A model generated the notes under the pieces. The model saw only the letters and a program-made list of their open reading frames with translations, ran no database searches and had not been told where the DNA came from. The position numbers were made by a program, and so were the translations under genes. A DNA stretch of 64,000 nt, from NCBI RefSeq assembly GCF_044704955.1, contig NC_091991.1:178684001-178748000 (forward strand), in the 5' to 3' direction. How positions within the stretch are numbered: the first letter of the stretch is position 1; every line of letters starts with the position of its first letter. Positions 13,056-24,600 of the stretch are shown piece after piece. This stretch comes from Pristiophorus japonicus. Lineage: Eukaryota.

Positions 13056-13477
13056 CTAAAATAAGAAATGTTTTCTCTGTTGAACTTTTCTGGTTTTCCA
13101 CGCGATAGATTTTCTACTTGTACTCTGTACATCCTGAACTCCTGTCCCATTTAATTGCTGTTTCCCCCATCGCCCGTATCTTCACAACCCTCCACTGGCT
13201 CCCTGTCCCCCATGTGTTGATTTCAAAATCCCTCCACAGCCTCTTCTCTCCATCTCTTCAACCCTCCCTCCAGCTCTACCTCCCAACTGATGCCCTCTGC
13301 CCTATGGACTCTGAATTTCTTTGTAAGAATCCACCTCTTGCCCCGACTCCTCCACAGCTGGGCGAGCTTTTGTCCACCACATTCCTGTGATATGGAATTC
13401 TTCTCCTATACCCCTCCACCTTGCTACACCTTCCGTCACAGGATTGGTTTGGATGAAGAAGACCTTTGGGCCCCATT

Positions 13478-13830
13478 TAAGAACATAAGAAATAGGGGCA
13501 GGGGTAGGCCATTTGGCCCCTCGGGCCTGCTCCACCATTTAATAAGATCATGGCTGATCTGATCATGGACTTCCTGCCTGCTCCCCATAACCCCTTATCA
13601 CTCAAAAATCTGTCCATCTCTGCCTTAAATATATTCAATAACCCAGCCTCCACAGCTCTCTGGGGCTGAGAATTCCATAGATTTACAACCCTCTGAGAAG
13701 AAATTTCTCCTCTTCTCAGTTTTAAATGGGTGGCCTCTTATTCCAAGACTATGTCCCCTAGCTTTAGTTTCCCCTTAGAGTGGAAATATCCTCTCTGCAT
13801 CCAACTTGTCGAGCCCCTACGTTATCTTGT
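13478..13830 (-). mobile_element. CR1 LINE 3' end, preceded by an L2-like remnant at ~13160-13420
   Basis: taagaacataagaaatagg tail (reverse complement) and CR1 3' UTR hairpin region. Confidence 0.75.
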
Positions 13831-14571
13831 ATTTGATCTCATCCTTCCAGAATACCAACTCTGTCATCTACCCATTTCAGCTGTTTATGATTGTAGTGTA
13901 CTAGCCATCATTCCAGATAACACGTTACAGTTCTCTGTAGAAAAACCTCCTCTAAAATAACTTCAATTGTGCCTTTGGTCTCCTCTCCTAGCTCTTGTTG
14001 CACAATGTATCTGTTCTACCTGGGTGTGCTTCACTACACAAAAAGTCAGATCAGAGACAAGAAAAGGACAATTCCTCTCCATTGAAGCTTATTCTTCCAG
14101 TACATCAACTTTCTAATCACAGCCCATCGCTCCAGCAGACTAAATCTCCCACTGAAACTCAACCCTCTATTGCATTAACTCTCCCATTGAAGCCTGTCCT
14201 ACCAGCACATCACCTCTCTCATTGAAGAACATCCCTCCTGCACATCAACTCTCTCACTCGGGTTCACTCCTATGGTCTAATATCTCTCCCATTGAGGCCA
14301 TCCTTGTAATATATCAACTCTCCCATTGACGTTCATCCCTCAGTTACATTAACTTTTTCACCATGGCATCCAATTGTGCTTTGAATAATCTCAAATATTT
14401 TGATTCTTATCATCTTGCTTGGTAGATTATTCCAAATATTTCTTACCATTTGATTGGGAAAAAAACAGTTGCGTTTGGGGGCTATAAGTGCGCTGCACAA
14501 AAGTGACCCTAGTTCAGCACTAATTGTGCAATGGCACTCAGAGGTCACACCTTGACTGCTGTGTAAAATGG

Positions 14572-17500
14572 ACATAGAAACATAGAAAACATAGAAACTA
14601 GGTGCAGGAGCAGGCCATTCAGCCCTTCTAGCCTGCACCGCCATTCAATGAGTTCATGGCTGAACATGAAACTTCAGTACCCCTTCCTGCTTTCTCGCCA
14701 TACCCCTTGATCCCCCGAGTAGTAAGGACTTCATCTAACTCCTTTTTGAATATATTTAGTGAATTGGCCTCAACAACTTTCTGTGGTAGAGAATTCCACA
14801 GGTTCACCACTCTCTGGGTGAAGAAGTTTCTCCTCATCTCGGTCCTAAATGGCTTACCCCTTATCCTTAGACTGTGACCCCTGGTTCTGGACTTCCCCAA
14901 CATTGGGAACATTCTTCCTGCATCTAACCTGTCTAAACCCGTCAGAATTTTAAACGTTTCTATGAGGTCCCCTCTCATTCTTCTGAACTCCAGTGAATAC
15001 AAGTCCAGTTGATCCAGTCTTTCTTGATAGGTCAGTCCCACCATCCCGGGAATCAGTCTGGTGAATCTTCGCTGCACTCCCTCAATAGCAAGAATGTCCT
15101 TCCTCAAGTTAGGAGACCAAAACTGTACACAATACTCCAGGTGTGGCCTCACCAAGGCCCTGTACAACTGTAGCAACACCTCCCTGCCCCTGTACTCAAA
15201 TCCCCTCGCTATGAAGGCCAACATGCCATTTGCTTTCTTAACCGCCTGCTGTACCTGCATGCCAACCTTCAATGACTGATGTACCATGACACCCAGGACT
15301 CGTTGCACCTTCCCTTTTCCTAATCTGTCACCATTCAGATAATAGTCTGTCTCTCTGTTTTTACCACCAAAGTGGATAACCTCACATTTATCCACATTAT
15401 ACTTCATCTTTTTTTTTTTGAAATTCGTAGCCAATCGTTCCAATTCTTTGTCAAATCACAAACGCCAGAGGTCACCTTGGGCCCATTCAAGGATCACTCT
15501 GCGCCAATGCTCTTAGCCAAAAGGCCTAGAGCCACTGCACCGTTCCTGGAAGTACTGCAATACCAGGTTCGTGCCATGGAGGTGGATGGGTCAAGCCACC
15601 CCACCCACCTCCTGTTTCCAAAAAAGCAAGCATATACCTTCCTGATCCAGGGAGAACCACCCGGAGGTCATGGTGGCTACTCCCCTGTCAGGTCAGTTAC
15701 GCATGATCTTAGCCAAAATGCACATTATACTTCATCTGCCATGCATTTGCCCACTCACCTAACCTATCCAAGTCACTCTGCAGCCTCATATCATCCTCCT
15801 CGCAGCTCACACTGCCACCCAACTTCGTGTCATCCGCAAATTTGGAGATACTTCATTTAATCCCCTCATCTAAATCATTAATGTACAATGTAAACAGCTG
15901 GAGCCCCAGCACAGAACCTTGCGGTACCCCACCAGTCACTGCCTGCCATTCTGAAAAGTACCCATTTACTCCTACTCTTTGCTTCCTGTCTGACAACCAG
16001 TTCTCACTCCACGTCAGCACACTACCCCCAATCCCATGTGCTTTAACTTTGCACATTAATCTCTTGTGTGGGACCTTGTCGAAAGTCTTCTGAAAGTCCA
16101 AATATACCACATCAACTGGTTCTCCTTTGTCCACTTTACTGGAAACATCCTCAAAAAATTCCAGAAGATTTGTCAAGCATGATTTCCCTTTCACAAATCC
16201 ATGCTGACTTGGACCTATCATGTCACCATTTTCCAAATGCGCTGTTATGACATCCTTTAATAATTGATTCCATCATTTTACCCACTACTGAGGTCAGGCT
16301 GACCGGTCTATAATTCCCTGTTTTCCCTCTCCCTCCTTTTTTAAAAAGTGGGGTTACATTGGCTACCCTCCACTCGATAGGAACTGATCCAAAGTCAATG
16401 GAATGTTGGAAAATGACTGTCAATGCATCCGCTATTTCCAAGGCCACCTCCTTAAGTACTCTGGGATGCAGTCCATCAGGCCCTGGGGATTTATCGGCCT
16501 TCAATCCCATCAATTTCCCCAACACAATTTCCCGACTAATAAAGATTTCCCTCAGTTCCTCCTCCTTACTAGACCCTCTGACCCCTTTTATATCCGGAAG
16601 ATTGTTTGTGTCCTCCTTAGTGAATACTGAACCAAAGTACTTGTTCAATTGGTCTGCCATTTCTTTGTTCCCCGTTATGACTTCCCCTGATTCTGACTGC
16701 AGGGGACCTACGTTTGTCTTTACTAACCTTTTTCTCTTTACATACCTATAGAAACTTTTGCAATCCGCCTTAATGTTCCCTGCAAGCTTCTTCTCGTACT
16801 CCATTTTCCCTGCCCTAATCAAACCCTTTGTCCTCCTCTGCTGAGTTCTAAATTTCTCCCAGTCCCCAGGTTCGCTGCTATTTCTGGCCAATTTGTATGC
16901 CACTTCCTTGGCTTTAATACTATCCCTGATTTCCCTAGATAGCCACGGTTGAGCCACCTTCCCTTTTTTATTTTTACGCCAGACAGGAATGTACAATTGT
17001 TGTAATTCATCCATGCGGTCTCTAAATGTCTGCCATTGCCCATCCACAGTCAACCCCTTAAGTATCATTCGCCAATCTATCCTAGCCAATTCACGCCTCA
17101 TACCTTCAAAGTTACCCTTCTTTAAGTTCTGGACCATGGTCTCTGAATTAACTGTATCATTCTCCATCCTAATGCAGAATTCCACCATATTATGGTCACT
17201 CTTCCCCAAGGGGCCTCGCACAATGAGATTGCTAATTAGTCCTCTCATTACACAACACCCAGTCTAAGATGGCCTCCCCCCTAGTTGGTTCCTCGACATA
17301 TTGGTCCAGAAAACCATCCCTTATGCACTCCAGGAAATCCTCCTCCACCGTATTGCTTCCAGTTTGGCTAGCCCAATCTATGTGCATATTAAAGTCACCC
17401 ATTATAACTGTTGCACCTTTATTACATGCATCCCTAATTTCCTGTTTGATGCCCTCCCCAACATCACTACTACTGTTTGGAGGTCTGTATACAACTCCCA

Positions 17501-18630
17501 CTAACGTTTGGTGCCCTTTGGTGTTCTGCAGCTCTACCCATATAGATTCCACATCATCCAAGCTAATGTCTTTCCTAACTATTGCATTAATCTCCTCTTT
17601 AACCAGCAATGCTACCCCACCTCCTTTTCTTTTTATTCTATCCTTCCTGAATGTTGAATACCCCTGGATGTTGAGTTCCCAGCCCTGATCATCCTGGAGC
17701 CACGTCTCTGTAATCCCAATCACATCATATTTGTTAACATCTATTTGCACAGTTAATTCATCCACCTTATTGCGGATACTCCTTGCATTAAGCCTTCAGG
17801 CTTGTTTTTTTAACACCCTTTGTTGTTTTAGAATTTTGCTGTACAGTGGCCCTTTTTGTTCTTTGCCTTGGGTTTCTCTGCCCTCCACTTTTCCTCATCT
17901 CCTTTCTGTCTTTTGCTTTTGCCTCCTTTTTGTCTCCCTCTGTCTCCCTGCATTGGTTCCCGTCTCCCTGCATTGGTTCCCATCCCCCTGCCATATTAGT
18001 TTAACTCCTCCCCAACAGCACTAGCAAACACTCCCCCTAGGACATTGGTTCTGGTCCTGCCCAGGTGCAGACCGTCCGGTTTGTACTGGTCCCACCTCCC
18101 CCAGAACCGGTTCCAATGCTCCAGGAATTTGAATCCCTCCCTGCTGCACCACTGCTCAAGCCACGTATTCATCTGCGCTATCCTGCGATTCCTACTCTGA
18201 CTAGCACGTGGCACTGGTAGCAATCCCGAGATTACTACTTTTGAGGTCCTACTTTTTAATTTAGCTCCTAGCTCCTTAAATTCGTTTCGTAGGACCTCAT
18301 CCCTTTTTTTTTACCTATGTCTTTGGTACCAATGTGCACCACGACAACTGGCTGTTCTCCCTCCCATTTCAGAATGTCCTGCACCCGCTCCGAGACATCC
18401 TTGACCCTTGCACCAGGGAGGCAACATACCATCCTGGAGTCTCAGTTGTGGCCGCAGAAACGCCTATCTATTCCCCTCACCATTGAATCCCCTATCACTG
18501 TCGCGCTCTCACTCTTTTTCCTGCCCTCCTGTGCAGCAGAGCCAGCCACAGTGCCATGAACTTGGCTGCTGCTGCCCTCCCCTGATGAGTCATCCCCCCC
18601 CCCAACAGTACTCAAAGCAGTGTATCTGTA
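14572..18630 (-). mobile_element. CR1 LINE, 5'-truncated within ORF1 (SGNH esterase VIGDSMVRG), with APE and RT
   Basis: ORFs 17232-17765 (APE), 16223-17248, 15853-16236 and 14628-15443 (RT); (catagaaa)n tail at 14572; interrupted at 15409-15720. Confidence 0.95.
15409..15720 (-). mobile_element. U2/U1 snRNA-derived mosaic retroposon (SINEU-like) with poly(A) tail and 16-17-bp TSD
   Basis: TSD cacattatacttcatc(t) at 15393-15408 and 15721-15736; T11 at 15409-15419; minus strand contains TTTTGGCTAAGATCA (U2 5'), ACTGACCTGACAGGGGAG..ACCATGA..GGTGGTTCTCCC (U1 5'/SL I), ACCTGGTATTGCAGTACTTCCAGGAACGGTGCA (U2 SL IV) and GGCCTTTTGGCTAAGA (U2 SL I). Confidence 0.85.
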
Positions 18631-18949
18631 CCGGTACAGTAAGCAATAACCTTGATCTTTATGAATGTATAAATAACACTGCACAAAATAAGCTGAATCA
18701 ATTTAACATTATCCCTCGGAATGGTGAATTGTGAATGCTGTCTTGTGTAACTTCATTGTCAGCCTGGCTGATCTGAGTTGTCACTAATCTCACTTTCCAT
18801 TTCCTGTGTAATCTGATTACTATATCGGTAGAAACAACAAATTAAATATATTTGTCTCTGTATTTCCTCCTGCATCACTGCTGTGCCAGGACTGTGGATT
18901 GATGTCTCTGTCTCAAACTGAATTTCAGCTGCAATAACTGGGTCCACTT

Positions 18950-19590
18950 TTGTTATCGGTATACACAGATGATTTGGACTTGAGTATAGGGAACATAATC
19001 TTGCAGTTTGCGGACAACAAAGGGTTCAGCAAACACCAAGGAGACTGCAAAAGATTTCAGGAAGATGTAGACTCGGTTAATGGGCAGACAGGTGGCAGAT
19101 GCAATTTAATGTGGTATCGTGTGAGGTGATAACATTTTTGAGAGGAAAACAAAACCATGGGATGAAAGTGTACACTCAAGGGAAGGGCACTTAAGAATGT
19201 GAATGAACAGAGATACCAAGGGTTCAAATACATAATTCCTTGAATGTGCAAAGTTAGGTAGATAAACCATAAAAACGGTCAACTGCATTTTGGGTTTTAT
19301 AAATGATAGCATAGAGTAATGAAGTATACAAAATACTGATTAGGCCATAGTTAGAGTACTGTGTGCAGTTTTGGCCATCCTATTATCGAAAGGATATTAA
19401 TGCCTTGCAGAATGTAAAGAAATAACTTGCATTTATATACCATGTACATTGTGCAGCAAAGATTCACCAGCATGATGACAAGGATAGAAAACTATAGTTA
19501 TAAGTGACTTGAGATATTAGGATTGATTTCACTGCAACACAAAAGGCTAAGAGGAGATCTAATAGAGGTGTTTGAAATTCTGAAAGGATT
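18950..19590 (+). mobile_element. Old, degraded CR1 RT fragment
   Basis: Remnant motifs LEYCVQFW (gagtactgtgtgcagttttgg) and RLRGDLIEVF. Confidence 0.7.
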
Positions 19591-19869
19591 TGCCTTGGCA
19601 GCAGTGCCAGGTGAAACTTCTCTAACAACACACACCATCCTCTGCCAGGGACTCAGCAATAGATTGAAACGGGAAGGGGCAAGATCATTAGAGAAAGTAA
19701 CTACTAACGCAGAGACAAAGCAAAATAAAATAAGCTGTTTTCTGTCAGCCGAAGATATGCAGGGGAAAAAACAACATGATCACAAACACTGCATGTTTGG
19801 CTGTTTTTTTTCAACTATTAAACTCATTTTATAAATGAATAACAAGTAAACCCGATAGCTAAATGTAAT

Positions 19870-20200
19870 CGATGGCTCAGTACTGAGCCATACAGAACAG
19901 AGAGTCAGAAGTTTGGTTGCTGCTGAGTTAGCTGAACTCAGCTGAGGGAATGGATGTGGCCATAGCGACCTTGGCTTAGGCATGGCGAAATTCAGCTTGG
20001 GTTCCACATTCTGATCACTGTACAGTGGCCTCTGCTGTAAAGTGTGGATGCCAAGTGATGCTTTGATCACACGCGCTGTGACTCCTCACCACAGTTGACC
20101 AGCTCAGCCTCTGGGCTCACACACGAAGAATAGCTGCTCGGGTGAGGTTGCTAGAGCCTGCGGAATCTTATCCCAGCAACAGTCAGCTCCCTCCGGGAGA
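19870..20200 (+). mobile_element. Ancient SINE remnant, AmnSINE2-like
   Basis: actgagccatacaga...gctgagttagctgaactcagc motif resembling AmnSINE2-type elements as recalled; family not verified. Confidence 0.4.
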
Positions 20201-20666
20201 GGAAGGGAGAGCCTTTTGGAGTCCTAACAGATCCACGTGAGTGCCCCAAACCTCACTGAAACCTAGTTCTCCTCAACGATGGGGAGCCTGTGTAAAGACA
20301 GCTCCTTGATTGGAATCAACTTGGAGACGTGAACTGAGATGATGTTTCAGCACAGCATTCCACATCAATGCTACACCTTTTTACAGTGAGAATGGAACAG
20401 AGCAAGCTTTGTGTTAGATCCATGGCCACACATCAAGAGATGCATTTTCATTCTGGACAACAGCACATTGCCAAAAACATACAGGCAGAGCTCGATGCTC
20501 GCTGGGTGCAACAGCCTGAGCTAATGTCCATGTAAAAGATCACTGCCAGTAACATTTTGTAACTTTTAATGAATTTAATGTCTAGGCCTATGAGAATATT
20601 AATGTATTTCTCAATTAGTCATTGTCCTCCTCTTTCATATCAGAACTGCCTTTGAATACTTGTAAA

Positions 20667-21355
20667 TAAGAACATAAGAAATAGGAGCAGGAGTAGGCCA
20701 TACGGCCCTTCGAGCCTGCTCCGCCATTTAATACGATCATGGCTGATCCGATCATGAACTCAAGTCCACCTCCTTGCCTGCTTCCCAAAACCTTTTATTC
20801 CCTTATCGGTTAAGAAACTCTCTCTCTCTCTCTCTCTCTCTCTTAAATTTATTCAATGTCCCAGCTTCCACAGCTCTCTGAGGCAGCAAATTCCACAGAT
20901 TTACAACCCTCAGAGCAGAAATTTCTCATCTCAGATTTAAACGGGCGGCCCCTTATTCTAAGATTATGCCCCCTAGTTCTAGTCTCCCCCATCAGTGGGA
21001 ACATTCTCTCTGCATCCACCTTGTCAAACGTTTTGATAAGATCACACCTCAATCTTCTAAATTCCAATGAGTAGAGGCCCAACCTACTCAACCTTTCCTC
21101 ATAAGTCAGCCCCCTCATCCCCGGAATCAAGTGAACTTTCACTGAACTGCTTCCAAAGCAAGTATATCCTTTCGTAAATATGGAAACCAAAACTGCACAC
21201 AGTATTCCAGGTGTGGCCTCACCAATACCCTGTATAACTGTAGCAAGACTTCCCTGCTTTTATACCCCATCCCCCTTGCAATAAAGGCCAAGATTCCATT
21301 GGCCTTCCTGATCACTTGCTGTACCTGCATACTATCCTTTTGTGTTTCATGCACT
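20667..21355 (-). mobile_element. CR1 LINE 3' fragment
   Basis: ORFs 20849-21190 and 21139-21354 are CR1 RT C-terminus; taagaacataagaa tail. Confidence 0.88.
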
Positions 21356-21374
21356 GCACCTGCCTCTCCAGGTG

Positions 21375-21668
21375 ATTTTTTGTTTTATTCGTTCCTGGGA
21401 TGTGGGCATCACTGGCAAGGCCAGCAATTATTGCCCATCCCTGAATGCCCTTGAGAAGGTGGTGGTGAGCCACCTTCTTGAACCGCTGCAGTCCGTGTGT
21501 TGAAGGTGCTCCCACAGTGCTGTTAGGGAGGGAGTTCCAGAATTTTGACCCAGTGACTGAAGGATCGGCGATACATTTCCAAGTCAGGGTGGTGTGCGAC
21601 TTGGAGGGGAACTTGTAGGTGATGGTGCTCCCATGCGCCTGCTGCCCTTGTCTTTCTAGGTGGTAGAG
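21375..21668 (-). mobile_element. 3' end of a second LINE family (WNSLP...HGLQRFKKVAHHHLL)
   Basis: RT C-terminal peptide within ORF 21312-21920; A-rich tail; same tail as the SINE end at 58935-59030. Confidence 0.75.
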
Positions 21669-24600
21669 CATCAGGGGAGGGCAGCAGCAGCCAAGTCCAT
21701 GGCACCGTGGGTGGCTCTGCTGCACAAGAGGGCAGGAAAAAGTGGGAGAGCTATAGTGATAGGGGATTCTATTGTAAGGGGAATAGATAGACATTTCTGT
21801 GGCTGCAACCGAGACTCCAGGATGGTATGTTGCCTCCCTGGTGCAAGGGTCAAGGATGTCTCGGAGCGGTTGCAGGACATTTTGGAGCGGGAGGGTGAAC
21901 AGCCAGTTGTCGTGGTGCATATAGGTACCAACGATATAGGTAAAAAAAACGGGATGAGGTCCGACAAGGTGAATTTAGGGAGCTTGGAGTTAAATTAAAA
22001 AGTAGGACCTCAAAGTTAGTAATCTCGGGATTACTACCAGTGCCACGTGCTAGCCAGAGTAGGAATCGCAGGATAGCTCAGATGAATACGTGGCTTGAGG
22101 AGTGGTGCAGAAGGGAGGGATTCAAATTCCTGGGACATTGGAACCAGTTCTGGGGGAGGTGGGACTAGTACAAACCAGACGGTCTGCACCTGGGCAGGAC
22201 CGGAACCAATGTCCTAGGGGGAGTGTTTGGTGGTGCTGTTGAGGGGGGTTAATCTAATATGGCAGGGGGATTGGAACCTATGCAGGGAGACCGAGGGAAG
22301 TCGATTCGGGGCAGAAGCAAAAGATAGAAAGGAGAAAAGTAAAAGTGGAGGGCAGAAAAACCCAAGGCAAAAAGCAAAAAAGGCCTCATTACATCAAAAT
22401 CCTAAAAGGGCAAAGTGTGTTAAAAAGACAAGCCTGAAGGCTCTGTGCCTCAATGCGAGGAGTATTCGTAATAATGTGGACGAATTAACTGCACAGGCAG
22501 CAATTAATGGATATGATATAATTGGCATCACGGAGACATGGCTCCAGGGTGACCAAGGCTGGGAACTCAACATCCAGGGGTATTCAACATTCAGGAAGGA
22601 TAGACAGAAAGGAAAAGGAGGTGGGGTAGCGTTGCTGGTTAAAGAGGAAATTAATGCAATAATAAGGAAGGACATTAGCTTGGATGATGTGGAATTGGTA
22701 TGGGTGGAGCTACGGAATACCACCAAGGGCAGAAAACGCTAGTGGAAGTTGTGTATAGACCACCAAACAATAATAGTGAGGTTGGGGACAGCATCAAACA
22801 AGAAATTAGGGATGCATGCAATAAAGGAACAGCAGTTATCATGGGCGACTTTAATCTACATATAGATTGGGCTAACCAAACTGGTAGCAATACGGTGGAG
22901 TAGGATTTCCTGGAGTGTATTAGGGATGGTTTTCGAGACCAATATGACGAGGAACCAACTAGAGGGCTGGCCATCCTAGACTGGGTGATGAATAATGAGA
23001 AAGGACTAATTAGCAATCTTGTTGTGCGAGGCCCCTTGGGAAAGAGTGACCATAATATGGTAGAATTCTTTATTAAGATGGAGAGTGACACAGTTAATTC
23101 AGAGACTAGGGTCCTGAACTTAAGGAAAGGTAACTTTGATGGCATGAGATGTGAATTGGTTAGAATAGACTGGCAAATGCTACTTAAAGAGTTGACGGTG
23201 GATAGGCAATGGCAAACATTTAAAGATCACATGGATGAACTTCAACAATTGTACATCCCTGTCTGGTGTAAAAATAAAATGGGGAAGGTGGCTCAACCGT
23301 GGCTAACAAGGGAAATTAAGGATAATGTTAACTCCAAGGAAGAGGCATATAAATTGGCCAAAAAAAGCAGCAAACCTGAGGACTGGGAGAAATTTAGAAT
23401 TCAGCAGAGGAGGACAAAGGGTTTAATTAGGAGGGGGGAAATAGAGTATGAGAGGAAGCTTGCCGGCAACATAAAAACTGACTGCAAAAGCTTCTATAGA
23501 TATGTGAAGAGAAAATGATTAGTGAAGACATACGTAGGTTCCTTGCAGTCAGAGTCAGGTGAATTTATAATGGGAAACAAAGAAATGGAAGACCAGTTGA
23601 ACAAATACTTTGATTCTGTCTTCATGAAGGAAGACACAAATAACCTTCCGGAATTACTAGGGGACCGAGGGTCTAGTGAGAAGGAAGAACTGAAGGAAAT
23701 CCTTATTAGGCAGGAAATTGTGTTAGGGAAATTGATGGGATTCAAGGTCGATAAATCCCCGGGCCCTGATAGTCTGCATCCCAGAGTACTTAAGGAAGTG
23801 GCCCTTGAAATAGTGGATGCATTGGTGATCATTTTCAAACTGTCTATCGACTCTGGATCAGTTCCTATGGACTGGAGGGTAGCTAATGTAACACCACTTT
23901 TTAAAAAGGGAGGGAGAGAGAAAACAGGTAATTATAGACCAGCTAGCCATCAGTAGACATCAGTAGTGGGGAAAATGTTGCAATCAATTATTAAGAATGA
24001 AATAGCAGCGCATTTGGAAAGCAGTGACAGAATCGGTGCAAGTCAGCATGGATTTATGAAAGGGAAATCATGCTTGACAAATCTTTTGGAATTTTTTGAG
24101 GATGTAACTAGTAGAGTGGACAAGGGAGAACCAGTGGATGTGGTGTATTTGGACTTTCAAAAGGCTTTTGACAAGGTCCCACACAAGAGATTGGTGTGCA
24201 AAATGGTATTAGGGGTAATGTACTGACATGGATAGAGAAACATTAGAAAATAGGTGCAGGAATAGGCCGTTCGGTCCTTCGAGCCTGCACCGCAATTCAA
24301 TAAGATCATGGCTGATCATTCCCTCAGTACCCCTTTCCTGCTTTCTCTCCATACCCCTTGATCCCTTTAGCCGTAAGGGCCATATCAAACTCCATCTTGA
24401 ATATATCCAATGAACTAGCATCAGCAACTCTCTGCGGTAGGGAATTCCACAGGTTAACTACTCTGAGTGAAGAAGTTTCTCCTCATCTCAGTCCTAAATG
24501 GCTTACCCCTTATCCTTAGACTGTGTCCCCTGGTTCTGGACTTCCCCAACATCGGGAACATTCTTCCTGCATCTAACCTGTCCAGTCCTGTCAGAATTTT

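Noticed and set aside
15409-15720. Functional U2 or U1 snRNA gene
   Set aside because: Fragments are rearranged and incomplete, flanked by TSD and poly(A) inside a LINE, with no snRNA promoter context.
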